Assembly: GCF_001194135.2 (NCBI RefSeq)
Contig: NC_068986.1
Coordinates: 38,134,048-38,198,047 of the forward strand
Reading direction: 5' to 3'
Length of the DNA: 64,000 nucleotides
Source: Octopus bimaculoides
Lineage: Eukaryota
Positions 51,946 through 64,000 of the stretch are shown here, one piece after another. Within the stretch, counting starts at the first letter, position 1; each line of letters begins with the position of its first letter. The notes under the pieces were generated by a model. The model was not told the origin of the DNA, did not search any database, and saw only the letters and a program-made list of their open reading frames with translations. The position numbers and the translations under genes were made by a program.

Positions 51946-54900
51946 TTTTAACATGTACTGGAAATTGAAATTGATTTCTTTGAATTTTTTTTCTCTTTTT
52001 CAAATTAATGATTGTGTAATCAATCAACTAGCTAGAAATAACAACCAGGTCTTTATAAATCACACCCTACTGTCTTAGAAAAAATATATATAAAAAAAAA
52101 AATAAAAGTACACATTGGCCAATACAGACTTTGAAAAACAAAAATACAGGATGGTCATAACTAGAAAGTGTTTCATCATTGGTCTGCTCAATCAGGGCTG
52201 AACTGTTGCTAATTAAACATCTATAATAACATATTTTTTTCGTTAATCATTGTCCATTGAAATTGCTTTTACAATACAAGCAACACACTGTCCACACTAT
52301 TGAAGGTACACCATATTTCCAGGATATTCATCCACTTAAATGACTCTGTCCTCTATAACATCAATTTGTATTTGTAAAAAATGCTTTCGCTATAATTGAA
52401 CCACTCCTAATTATTTTTTTTTGTATTCTTTTTTCTCTTTTCAGTCTTCTTTCTATTAATTTTTTTTGCTTGCTTTTTCTTCATTTCTTTTTCTTTTTCT
52501 TTTTCTTTTTTTCTTTCTTTTGCAATCAATAATGATGATCACCATGCAATACATTATTTAACATAGGCTTTTATTAAACCAAAATAATTGAAAATCATAT
52601 CACTGATTGCTCTAAATACCTAATGTTATAAAAACAAGTGAATGAAATGAGAGTGGGAGTTGTGGGTGTTGAATAGGATTTTTTTTTAATAATTACCTGA
52701 GTATAGAGAAGAGGTGTGTTATCAGGAGCTTTCAAGCAGCAGGCTTTTTCTTTTTTTCTTTTGTGTACGACTTTCATTAGAAGGATAGGATTCTGTCCAT
52801 GACCTTCAGAGGCCCTCAAAGGCCCTCAAAGGCTCGTATGATCAATGTGGTTAATGTTTAGCTTGAGCGACTGAACTGCACAGTCAATGGTCTGTCAAGA
52901 AAAAAATATGTGGATGGGAAAGGGATTCCAGGGAGTCGACATCTTTGGGAGGAAAGAAGACATAGAATGTGTAACAAGAGGAGGAGAGATGATTATGTTG
53001 GGTGGGCCTGTGTAGAGGTGGTACGCAATTAGTCAGTTCTAAGAAGCAGAGGCTGTTACAGTGTAGTGGAACAGGTGACGCGAGGAAACAGCATAGCTCT
53101 CCATTGCTTTCCTTTGGATATCTTTCCAATAAACCCTCATGTAAGCTACTTAGAGATGAATTTGCCCACACCTGCCTGGGCATTTAGAGCATAAAAACTA
53201 AAACAAAATGCTATGAAGTATTTTGTTCCTGCTCTAATAATTCTGTCTAGCCTTCAGCCCAGACAAGTATATTATTTTAACCAAGGTCTTTCTGTTGGAC
53301 AATATCGACCATACGTCTGCACGAATATATGCAGGCCAGAACAAGATTTATTTTTGAGAAAGACAGGCAGTTAGCCATGCATGCAAGTTTCCTCTCTCTG
53401 TGCTGTCAATGTTTATCCAAGAGAAAATCCACTGACTTGGGCTGATGCAGTTTGGCACCAGTGTTATTGCTGGTGCTGCTGTTGGAATACAGTGAACTAG
53501 GATATGTACATGCTTAACCCTCCAGCAGTTCTGCTAATTCATGACCCTAAGTTGATGCTCTTGTTATTGAACTTGGAAGGATGAAAGGCAAAGCTGACCT
53601 CTGTGGGATTTGTATGCAGGATGCAGAGAACCAGAACAAATATTGCAAGGCATTCCACCTAACACACTAACAACCTTGCTGATTTCCTGTATCATTTTAT
53701 CAACTCTGTATAAAAATATTATGTTTGTCCTTCCCCCTGCTTCCCATCAGAAAATTAAATACTCAGATATTTCATTTATGAAACAAGAGTTACTCGATGA
53801 CTTCACTGGTGCCAGTGCCACATAAAAAGCTCTCAGTACACTCTGTGCATACTTCAATACTTAAGGGATTTTGTCTAGCAAGTACTTGGCAACCTCACTA
53901 GTGCTGGTACCATCATAAAAAGCACTCAGTACACTCTGTAAAGTAGTTGATGTTCAGAAGAGCACCCAGCTGTAGAAGCCATGCCAAAGCAGAGACTGGA
54001 GCTTGGTACAGTCCTTTGGCTTGCCAGCTACTGTTGAACCATCCAGTCCATACCAGTATGGAAAACAGATGTTAAATAATGATGGTGGGTGGTGATGATA
54101 ATGTCACAAATGTCACTGAGAATGGTTTGAATGTCCATGTAATCATATGTTTTCATAGTCTGTAAATCTGGAGCTTTGTGTTCATGTGAAATCAGTTGTG
54201 ATTTGAAGGAAATTTTGCTGCTATTTCTAGCAGGTTGAATGAACATGCACAGACTTCCTCCTTTGACTCAGAATCACAGATATCTTACTATGTCACAGTA
54301 AGAGAATATGACACATACAGAATGTCAAGAATGACGTGTAATCCTATTTTTTTCTTAACTTGTACAGCCAAAGCCTCATAACCAGATAAGAAATCAATAA
54401 TTGCACAGGTTGTTACCATTATTGTTGTAAAATGGATTGGCAGAATTGTAAGTGCATCAGAAAAATGCCGTGCAGTATATCTTCTGGCTCTTTACATTCT
54501 TCATTTAGTTCCTTCCAAAGTCAACTTTGCCTTTCCTCTTTTTGGTGATCTTTAAAATAGAATACTAGTAAATTATTGGGGTCAGTGTGGAAGTGCTTGG
54601 CTTATTGGTTAGGGTGCTGCACTCGTGATTGTAAGATTGTGGTTTCAATTCCTGGACCAGGCGATGTGTTGTGTTCTTGAGCAAAACACTTCATTTCATG
54701 TTGCTCCATTCAGCTAGAAAATTTTATAAATTCTGCAACAGACCAGCATCCTGTCCAGGTTTAGAATCTATACATCACAGAATCCTGGAAAGTGGTCTTA
54801 TCACCTTACAGCTCGAGAAGGACCTTTGATCCTTTTGTGATTAAGGTCAATGGTATCAACTGTCTCCAACCCCAACTCTCCTCAAAATTGCTGGCCTTGT

Positions 54901-56252
54901 GCTAAATCAGAAACCATTGTTGCTGTTATTGTTGTTCTTTAGCCCCAGTTCTGTGATCAAGGACATTCCAGCTATGACTCTGTTTTTTTTTTATTAAGAA
55001 TGTCCACTCTGCTGGGGTCCAATCTGCTTGGTGGTTGGTGTTAAGAAGGGCATCCAGCTGTAAAAACTGAGCCAAAGTAGACACAGAAGTCTGGTGCAGG
55101 CTCCAGCCTGGCCAGCTCCAGTCAAACTGTCCAACTCATACCAACATGGAAGGTGGATGTTAAATGATGATGATGATGATGCCTAAGACTTTGGCATTTA
55201 AACCAGACATATCCAACCCAAGTACTCTTCCTGTTTTATGCTCAAAACAGCCAGATCTGGCCTCTTACACCTACCCTGCAATGTCATACCTAAAGTAAAA
55301 AATCACATCATTGAAATCTCAAAGCTACAAGACAATGCATGAGTAATTCAAAATGATGTAAATATATAAACATTACGTTTGATAGAGTAATCAGTAATCT
55401 GAATGCTAAAGGGTTAAAGTAGCTTTTTCTTTATATAAGTTGGAAAGGTATGGTTTGAGAGAGATTTGACTGCTATTTCTAGCAGGTCAAATGACTACAT
55501 AGAAATTCTCTTGCTGGTTTGTAATTCTTCAATATTTCACTTACTCTATTTATTCATGTGTAATGTGAGAAATTTAACCCTTTTGATACCAACTTCCTTA
55601 TGACTGCTCCTGGAGGTGCAGGTATGGCTGCGTTTAAGAAGCTCACTTTGCAACCATGTGCTTTCGGGTTCAATCTCACTGGGAGAAAATATTTTCTACT
55701 ATAGCCTTCTACTATAGCCTTAGCTCAACCACTGCCTTGTGAGTGGAATTAGTAACTGGAAACTGTGTGGAAGCCTGTCATATATACCTGTGTGTGTGTG
55801 TGTGTTTTGTTCACCATCACCACCACCTCCGCCACCTCCGCCACCTGACAACTGGTGTTGGTTTGTTCATGCCCCCATAACTTCGCAGTTTGCTAAAAGA
55901 GATTAACAGAAGAAGCATCAGACTAAAAATAATTACCAGGGTTAATTTGTTTGTCTAAACCCTTCAAAGAAGTACTCCAGTGAACAAAGCAATTAGAAGG
56001 TAAAAGAAAAGATTAAAGAATGAAAGGACTTTCAACCACAAATTCTTGTTAATTTATGTTCTACAAATAAGCTCATTCATAATGGTTATTTGACTAAATT
56101 CTTGGCTGTGTGGTAAGAAGCTTGCTTCCTAACGACATGGTTCAGGGTTCAGCCCCACTACATAGCACCTTGGGCAAATGTCTTCTACTATAGCCACAGG
56201 CTGACCAAAGCCTTGTTAGTGAATTTGATTGATCAAAACTGGAAGAGGCCAG

Positions 56253-56286
<34 letters not shown>

Positions 56287-56346
56287 CGCATGCTAGCATG
56301 GAAAGCGGACGTTAAACGATGATACATACACACACACACATATATA

Positions 56347-56493
56347 TGAGGGGGTGCTGAAAAGTTCCTGGCTTTGGGTAAAAGAAAATACAGGAGGATC
56401 AGTTAATTAGGATTTTATGCAACATATTCCCCTCTCAGATTCACACACTTATTGCAGTGACCTTTAAAGCCAGGAACTTTTTAGCACCCCTTC
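56347..56493. mobile_element. mariner-type MITE
   Basis: About 28-bp TIRs gagggggtgctgaaaagttcctggcttt / aaagccaggaactttttagcacccc, flanked by TA. Confidence 0.8.
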
Positions 56494-56555
56494 TATATCC
56501 ATCCATCCATCCATCCATCCATTCGTCTGTCCGTCCATCCGTCCATCCATCCATC

Positions 56556-56605
<50 letters not shown>

Positions 56606-57296
56606 AATAAAATAAAANNNNNNNNNNNNNNNNNNNNNNNNNNNNNNNNNNNNNNNNNNNNNNNNNNNNNNNNNNNNNNNNNNNNNNNNNNNNNNNNNNN
56701 NNNNNNNNNNNNNNNNNNNNNNNNNNNNNNNNNNNNNNNNNNNNNNNNNNNNNNNNNNNNNNNNNNNNNNNNNNNNNNNNNNNNNNNNNNNNNNNNNNNN
56801 NNNNNNNNNNNNNNNNNNNNNNNNNNNNNNNNNNNNNNNNNNNNNNNNNNNNNNNNNNNNNNNNNNNNNNNNNNNNNNNNNNNNNNNNNNNNNNNNNNNN
56901 NNNNNNNNNNNNNNNNNNNNNNNNNNNNNNNNNNNNNNNNNNNNNNNNNNNNNNNNNNNNNNNNNNNNNNNNNNNNNNNNNNNNNNNNNNNNNNNNNNNN
57001 NNNNNNNNNNNNNNNNNNNNNNNNNNNNNNNNNNNNNNNNNNNNNNNNNNNNNNNNNNNNNNNNNNNNNNNNNNNNNNNNNNNNNNNNNNNNNNNNNNNN
57101 NNNNNNNNNNNNNNNNNNNNNNNNNNNNNNNNNNNNNNNNNNNNNNNNNNNNNNNNNNNNNNNNNNNNNNNNNNNNNNNNNNNNNNNNNNNNNNNNNNNN
57201 NNNNNNNNNNNNNNNNNNNNNNNNNNNNNNNNNNNNNNNNNNNNNNNNATATATATACACATACATGTATATATACATACATATATATATACATAT

Positions 57297-57615
57297 ATAT
57301 TATAGTGGGGTAGGCCGGTTTATGGGGTTACCCTGGGTTTCTCGCTCATAAGAGGTTTAATATTATGGTGTATCTTCAGACCCTAAACACTGCTGGCCTG
57401 AGACCTCTTTAAAGTATGGAGGGGAAAAAGCCTCATTTTTAAGGGTGAGATAATCACCTAGGGTTTACCCTTAAAATTGAGGCTTTTCCCCTCCATATTT
57501 TAAAGAGGTCTCGAGCCAGCAGTGTTTGGGGTCTGAAGACATGCTGTAAGGCTAAACCCCTTATGAGTGAGAAACCCAGGGTAACCCCATAAATTGGCCT
57601 ACCCCACTATAATAT
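57297..57615. repeat. 319-bp foldback element with an HHR-like motif in each arm
   Basis: About 150-bp inverted arms and about 20-nt spacer. Plus strand 57528-57588 reads ggggt-CTGAAGA..GAAA-cccaggg-TA-acccc, mirrored on the minus strand at 57324-57384. Confidence 0.85.
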
Positions 57616-58793
57616 TAACTGCTCTACATCTTAGAGTGTGCTTCTCCTCCAGATTTATGTATTTCTACAAGCAATACATACATACATACATATATATATG
57701 CTGTGCTAACGTGTTTGTGTTTATATCCCCACCACCACCACCACTACTTGACAACTGGTGTTGATGTTTACATCCCTGCAACTTAGTGGTTCAGCAAAAG
57801 AGATCCATAGAATAAGTACCAGGCTTAAAAAAAAGAAACATTTCTGGGGGTGATTCGTTCAACTAAAAAATTCTCCAAGGTAGTGCCCCAGCATGGCCAC
57901 AGTCTAAAGACTGAAACAAGTAAAAGACAAACATAAAAAGTAATTTTCAAAATTATTTGAAACAAAGGAAGTGTGTTCAGCAGAAATATGATAACATAAG
58001 GGATAATAACAAAATATTTCAGCTAAATTTGGGATTGGTATTACACTCAAGTGTAAGATGGTGAGCTGGTAGAATTAGCATTTCTTTCAAATCATTACAT
58101 TTTGAGTACAAATTCTGCCTGGGTCAACTTAGCTTTCATCTTTCTGGGATAAATCAAAATAAAATATGACAGCCATTATATGTCATTACTGGTGTCGATC
58201 TAATCTTCTTATCCCCTCCCTCAGAATTGCCGGTCTTGTGCCAAAATTAGAAATAATTATACTAAAATGCAAAAAAAAAAAAAAAAAGGAAAAAGGATAA
58301 AATATATAAAATATATTTTATATACAAAAGTGGTGGTGGTGGCAGCGGCATGTGGAGATGGGGGATCACGATGATTGCTTTCTACTCAAGTTAATAAGGT
58401 AGGACACGAATACAACTGATAGCGGGCATGAATCTTGTATTTTTTTACTTGCTTCAGTCATTGGACTGCAGTCATGCAGAAGTAATGCTTTGAAGGGTTT
58501 AGTTGAACAAATCAGCCCCAGGACTTACTTTTTAAAATCTGGTACTTATTGTCTCAGTCTCTTCTACTGAACCATTCAGTTACAAGGACGTAAACAAATC
58601 CACACCACAAGACAAAGATACTAACACACACACACACATAATATGAGAGGTTTTGTGGTATCCAGAAGATCCAAAAGGCAGGTAAGGCTAAGGAGTCTAA
58701 CACGGGTCATGTGTGAGTGTGTATAGGTAAAATGAGACAACAAAACCAAAGCAGTGTGAAATTTCTTGAACATTTTATAAAGAGAAGAGTAAG

Positions 58794-58839
58794 TCTTACA
58801 GCTGTTTCAGTGATATGAAAGATATCCCAACATCAGAGA
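58794..58839 (-). ncRNA. Degenerate copy of the 33.9 kb hammerhead (core CTGATGT)
   Basis: tct-CTGATGT-tgggatat..atatcact-GAAA-cagctg-TA-aga. The A9 position is mutated, so probably inactive. Confidence 0.55.
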
Positions 58840-59194
58840 TGATACGAGAAAGTTAAATAGAAGGAAATAGTAGAGTTTAGTGTAAGAAGTTATTTTGAAA
58901 AGGAGAGATATAGGAAGTATAAAGGGAAATATAAGAATAAAAATAAAGATATATGTTGGATGTTAAACTTGCTGTTCCATTATCCAAGGAACATGTTTTG
59001 TAGAATAGGTAAAAAGGCTTCTTGTCCATGATATGTAAGTTCTGACATATATATATATATATATTTATATAAAGGGCATTATTACAGAAAATAATAACGC
59101 CACACAGTGGACTTCTCAAAATAACCACATTTAGTACCTAATGCGAGGAAAAACAACCAACAGAAGACGACCAACATTCTTTTAAATAAACTTA

Positions 59195-59256
59195 ACTGTG
59201 TATCGGCCGATTTCGTGATTACTAGAATGAATCTAGATTTCGTTCATCAGCACAGT
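59195..59256 (-). ncRNA. Type-I hammerhead ribozyme, second family
   Basis: actgtg-CTGATGA-[imperfect stem II with ctaga/tctag]-GAAA-tcggccga-TA-cacagt. 6-bp stem I, palindromic stem III, AUA triplet. Confidence 0.75.
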
Positions 59257-59769
59257 ATTGTCCCAAAAATATATATAAATAAACAGAATTCTNNNNNNNN
59301 NNNNNNNNNNNNNNNNNNNNNNNNNNNNNNNNNNNNNNNNNNNNNNNNNNNNNNNNNNNNNNNNNNNNNNNNNNNNNNNNNNNNNNNNNNNNNNNNNNNN
59401 NNNNNNNNNNNNNNNNNNNNNNNNNNNNNNNNNNNNNNNNNNNNNNNNNNNNNNNNNNNNNNNNNNNNNNNNNNNNNNNNNNNNNNNNNNNNNNNNNNNN
59501 NNNNNNNNNNNNNNNNNNNNNNNNNNNNNNNNNNNNNNNNNNNNNNNNNNNNNNNNNNNNNNNNNNNNNNNNNNNNNNNNNNNNNNNNNNNNNNNNNNNN
59601 NNNNNNNNNNNNNNNNNNNNNNNNNNNNNNNNNNNNNNNNNNNNNNNNNNNNNNNNNNNNNNNNNNNNNNNNNNNNNNNNNNNNNNNNNNNNNNNNNNNN
59701 NNNNNNNNNNNNNNNNNNNNNNNNNTGTGTGTGTGTGTATGTGTGTGTGTATGTGTGTGTATGTGTGTG

Positions 59770-59802
<33 letters not shown>

Positions 59803-59959
59803 ATGTTTATATGTATACAGTTAAGGTATATAATGTAGTAGAGTATAGTAATAAAGCTCATCCACCTTCAGATTTACTCTGTTCTATCTAGTAGTAGTAT
59901 TATACGTACATCCAGATTTGTGTTTGGGCATCTGTTGTGTGTGAATAGGTAACTGAAAC

Positions 59960-60316
59960 AATTGGAGTCAAAAAGAGGTATGGTTGGACATTTATTTTTT
60001 AATTACTACAATTGTTTCAACGCAATGTAGTTCTCCAGGTGTGCAGGTACTTGATTATGCAACTGTTTCCCTGCATTATGAGATGTAGTAGTGACTGCTA
60101 CTAAATTCAGGCTGCAACAGACAGTTAGGATGTTCTTGAAGCTGAGGATTTTAAACTTACAGAGACAATATTTACATATTGCCTGAGGAAACACTACTAG
60201 ATCTCATAATGCAAGGAAACAGTTGCATAATCAAGAATCTGGAGAACTATGTTGCATTGAAACAATTGCAGTGATTAAAAAATGTCCAACCATACCTCTT
60301 CATGTTGACTCCAATT
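59960..60316. repeat. About 357-bp foldback element with degenerate HHR-like motifs
   Basis: About 135-bp inverted arms and about 70-bp loop. Each arm has CTGGAGA..GAAA-caattg-(T/C)A. The palindrome is certain; the HHR reading is tentative. Confidence 0.7.
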
Positions 60317-61289
60317 TTTTCAATTATATATATATATATATATNNNNNNNNNNNNNNNNNNNNNNNNNNNNNNNNNNNNNNNNNNNNNNNNNNNNNNNNN
60401 NNNNNNNNNNNNNNNNNNNNNNNNNNNNNNNNNNNNNNNNNNNNNNNNNNNNNNNNNNNNNNNNNNNNNNNNNNNNNNNNNNNNNNNNNNNNNNNNNNNN
60501 NNNNNNNNNNNNNNNNNNNNNNNNNNNNNNNNNNNNNNNNNNNNNNNNNNNNNNNNNNNNNNNNNNNNNNNNNNNNNNNNNNNNNNNNNNNNNNNNNNNN
60601 NNNNNNNNNNNNNNNNNNNNNNNNNNNNNNNNNNNNNNNNNNNNNNNNNNNNNNNNNNNNNNNNNNNNNNNNNNNNNNNNNNNNNNNNNNNNNNNNNNNN
60701 NNNNNNNNNNNNNNNNNNNNNNNNNNNNNNNNNNNNNNNNNNNNNNNNNNNNNNNNNNNNNNNNNNNNNNNNNNNNNNNNNNNNNNNNNNNNNNNNNNNN
60801 NNNNNNNNNNNNNNNNNNNNNNNNNNNNNNNNNNNNNNNNNNNNNNNNNNNNNNNNNNNNNNNNNNNNNNNNNNNNNNNNNNNNNNNNNNNNNNNNNNNN
60901 NNNNNNNNNNNNNNNNNNNNNNNNNNNNNNNNNNNNNNNNNNNNNNNNNNNNNNNNNNNNNNNNNNNNNNNNNNNNNNNNNNNNNNNNNNNNTATATATA
61001 TAATAGAAATTTGTTTCAAAAAGAAAATAGAAACTGCATGTGGAAAAAGATATGGGGAAAGCAAGAAGATAAAAAATGAAAATGCACATTGGATATTAAA
61101 AAAATAAAGGCCTTTTAATGAAAAGTAACGATGAATATATACAATTAGATGAACTGAGGTAGAATTAAGAGGAATAAAAGTCATTAGTATGAATTGTTAA
61201 AGGGATTCAAAGTCATACTGGTTTTGTCAATTACTGTTCACTGGCACTTCACAACTACACCAGTGAAGATGACTCAATAATAAAAAAAC

Positions 61290-62474
61290 AAAAATGAATA
61301 CTGTCCTACAAAAGGCAGAAATAAAGCACTTGATGATTTTTGTGAACACATGACCAATTTTCCTTTCAACACCCTACAAAAACAATGGACTAAATCCAAC
61401 CTTGACACAAATGAATGGAAAAACCTAATTGAGTTAAAAAATGATATAAACCTGACCATTAAAGAAGCCAATAAAGGAAGTGTGGTAGTAGTAATAGACA
61501 CAGAGCACTATAAAAATTTAATATTCTACATGTTGGAAAACAATATTTACTATGAGAAGATAGTACAATACAACCCACAGAAGATACTCAAAAACTTATC
61601 CTCCTTACTTCAAATACATGGAAATGGCCTCACTAAAAAAGAAATTGGCTATTTATCCAATTTTAAATACAGACCAAGTCTATTCTACAGATTAGCTAAA
61701 ATACACAAAAATCCACATATTTGCAAAGCTTGCAAAGATTCTCCAAGCCTATGCATTAATGTTCCTCTCCCTACTGACCTCAAACTAAGACCCATCATAG
61801 CTGGCCCTGCTTGTGAAACTCACCGTTTGAGCAATTTCCTCGACATCCTACTCAAACCATTTCTAAAATATGTGAAAAGTTTCATCAGGGATGACTTAGA
61901 CATGCTTAACCACCTCCTGAAGACAATAAATGAAGGATCCTTGATAGCATCATTCGATGTGGTGAACTTGTACACTAATATCCCACACGATTATGGTATA
62001 GAAGCAACTACCTTCTGGCTGGAAAAATACCCAGAAGAAATCCCAGGATGTATCAACCACAGATTCATAATTGCAGCACTGAAATTCATCCCACTGAACA
62101 ACTATTTTATGTTTGATACAATTTACTATCAACAAAAATGTGGAATTGCAATTGGAACCCGAGCTGCCCCAGTGATTGCTAACCTTGTAATGGGTTACCT
62201 AGAACTTAAAATATACCAATCATCACTACAAAAATATGGCACCTCATTTCATTGCTATTTAAAGGATAACTGGAAGAGGTATTTATATGATTGCTTTATA
62301 CTTCAGAAAGAGAGCATGGACAATTTCAAAATAATGCTCACCAATATCAATAGCAACATACAATTCACCATGGTACACAGCAACAAACAACTCCGTTTTC
62401 TTAACATCCTAATTAAAATAGTCAATAACAACATCGAAACAGACCCCATGGTAGAAACGACTGTAAGAGTTTAG
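61290..62474 (+). mobile_element. Penelope-like element reverse transcriptase ORF, truncated before GIY-YIG
   Basis: KEANKGSVVVV, FYRLAKIHK, LRPII, SFDVVNLYTNIP, YQQKCGIAIGTRAAP..ANLVM, RYLYDCF (YxDD mutated), IQFTM, FLNILI. The frame extends upstream of 61350 as YCPTKGRNKALDDF. Confidence 0.93.
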
Positions 62475-62677
62475 TATTTGTTCACCCATTTATTCCTATT
62501 CATTTATTTATCCTATTTATCTATTTATTTACTTGTTTATTTGCTTATTTCATTTGTTTATTTTGATCACTTATACATATGATTGTAATCAATTAATAAA
62601 TAGATATAAATGAATGTTTACAGGCTGATGTTTGTTGATTGATTATCCTCTCCATTTTTTTATTTCCCTTATACACA

Positions 62678-62725
<48 letters not shown>

Positions 62726-63233
62726 CACACATACAATTATACAATGAGCTTCCACAGAGTTTATGTCTACCAAATTCACTCACAAGGCTTTGGTTGGGCC
62801 GAGGCTATAGCAGAAGACATATGCCCAAGGTACCATGCAGTGGAACTGAAACTTAAAACCACATAAATGCAAAACTAGCTTCTTAACCACATAGCCATGC
62901 CTATACCTATAAATATAGTCACACAGTCTCATATCTCCTTAGCTTTAGTATATCTAATGCCTCATGTCTGCACATAAGTAATCAATAATAATATACAGTA
63001 AATTATTTTTGAGGTGTGTCACTTGTTTGCAATTATTACATAATTCTCTTTGCTATTATCCATAGCAAAAAAAAAATTCTTGTGTTATTTCTGCCTCCAT
63101 GAACAAAGAAAGAAAGAAAGAAAAAATAGCAACATAAAAAAATCTTCACATTAAAAAAATAAGATGCAATATATATATATATATCATCATCATCATCATC
63201 GTCGTCGTCGTTTAACGTCCGCTTTCCATGCTA

Positions 63234-63267
<34 letters not shown>

Positions 63268-64000
63268 CAGACATAGAAAACTACTTTATCTTGAATTAAA
63301 CCTTCATAGAAACTTTTATGTATATTCTCTCATGACCTAAAAGGTTATTGATCAGTTAAAAACATAGTATACCTAACTTCTTACAAATATATTAAAAGTT
63401 TACAGATATTTGTTTTATTCATTCAGTCATTGCTTCTGTTTTTTTGTTGTTATTGTTCTTGTTTTTTTTTTATTGGTGGAGGGTACTGTGTGGAGCGGGG
63501 GTTGGATTGTTTTTTATTTGTCCTTTAATTTGACTACTATTTTTTTTTTAAACTCGTTTTACCTTGAATCAATCGATAAATGTTAACATTATCGTGTTAA
63601 ATATTTTTCACTTCTTTTATTATCTTTATCTTTTTGTTTTTGATACACAACTTCATTTCATTTTTACCCTTTGAAATATGATGTAATTCACAGAATCTTG
63701 TTATCGTCAATGCAAAGTGATCATATGTGTACCATTGCTGCTGCTGCTGATGATGATGTTGATGGTGACAAGAACAAGAGAAGGAAGAGGAGACTGATGA
63801 AAGGAATGAATGATGATGACAACATTGATGACAGCAGTGATGGAGGTGGTGATAGTAGTAGATGATGCTGGTGGTGGTGATGGTGGTGATGGCTTTTAAT
63901 CTACCTAAGCAGAATATAGGTATCATCAGATCAGTCCTCCACCTTGTTAGTCCTTGAGTGACTAAATTAGAAAAAGAATATATATATATATATATATATA

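Noticed and set aside
51434-52078. 214-aa His-rich ORF
   Set aside because: Translation of a degenerate trinucleotide repeat; the opposite strand gives poly-Val. No splice or domain support.
52970-53175. Possible solo LTR (TGTAAC start, AATAAA)
   Set aside because: No verifiable CA end, TSD, PBS/PPT or second copy.
6730-61184. Long ORFs in the track made mostly of X
   Set aside because: They are open only because they cross N gaps. The exception is the real CENP-M exon 3 at the edge of the first gap.
1-64000. tRNA genes, rRNA, CRISPR arrays or prokaryotic operons
   Set aside because: tRNA-like sequences are SINE heads. No rRNA or repeat-spacer array was seen, and the DNA is intron-rich eukaryotic.

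Overview
AT-rich, repeat-dense animal genomic DNA with many N gaps and (CA)n/(TA)n/(GAT)n microsatellites. The SINE and RTE repertoire suggests an octopus genome (inference, not a database result). One host gene is well supported: CENP-M (centromere pseudo-GTPase) on the minus strand, with five coding exons from 13961 to 2108 that splice in frame; its last exon probably lies left of the window. About 260 bp upstream of its ATG is a nested DNA-transposon relic: a piggyBac shell holding a broken Merlin transposase and a 169-bp Merlin-type MITE filled with TTAGGG-like repeats. An orphan CpG-rich promoter-like island with NRF1/ETS/YY1-type motifs lies at about 42.6 kb. The most unusual signal is a set of Penelope-like element (PLE) relics at 33.9 kb and 57.3-62.5 kb. 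These comprise a PLE reverse transcriptase ORF, several minimal type-I hammerhead ribozyme (HHR) motifs, and two foldback elements carrying an HHR-like motif in each arm, so one on each strand. The rest is piggyBac, hAT and mariner MITEs, tRNA-derived SINEs, and RTE, CR1 and R4/Dong LINE fragments. All calls were made by eye; no alignment, folding or database search was run.
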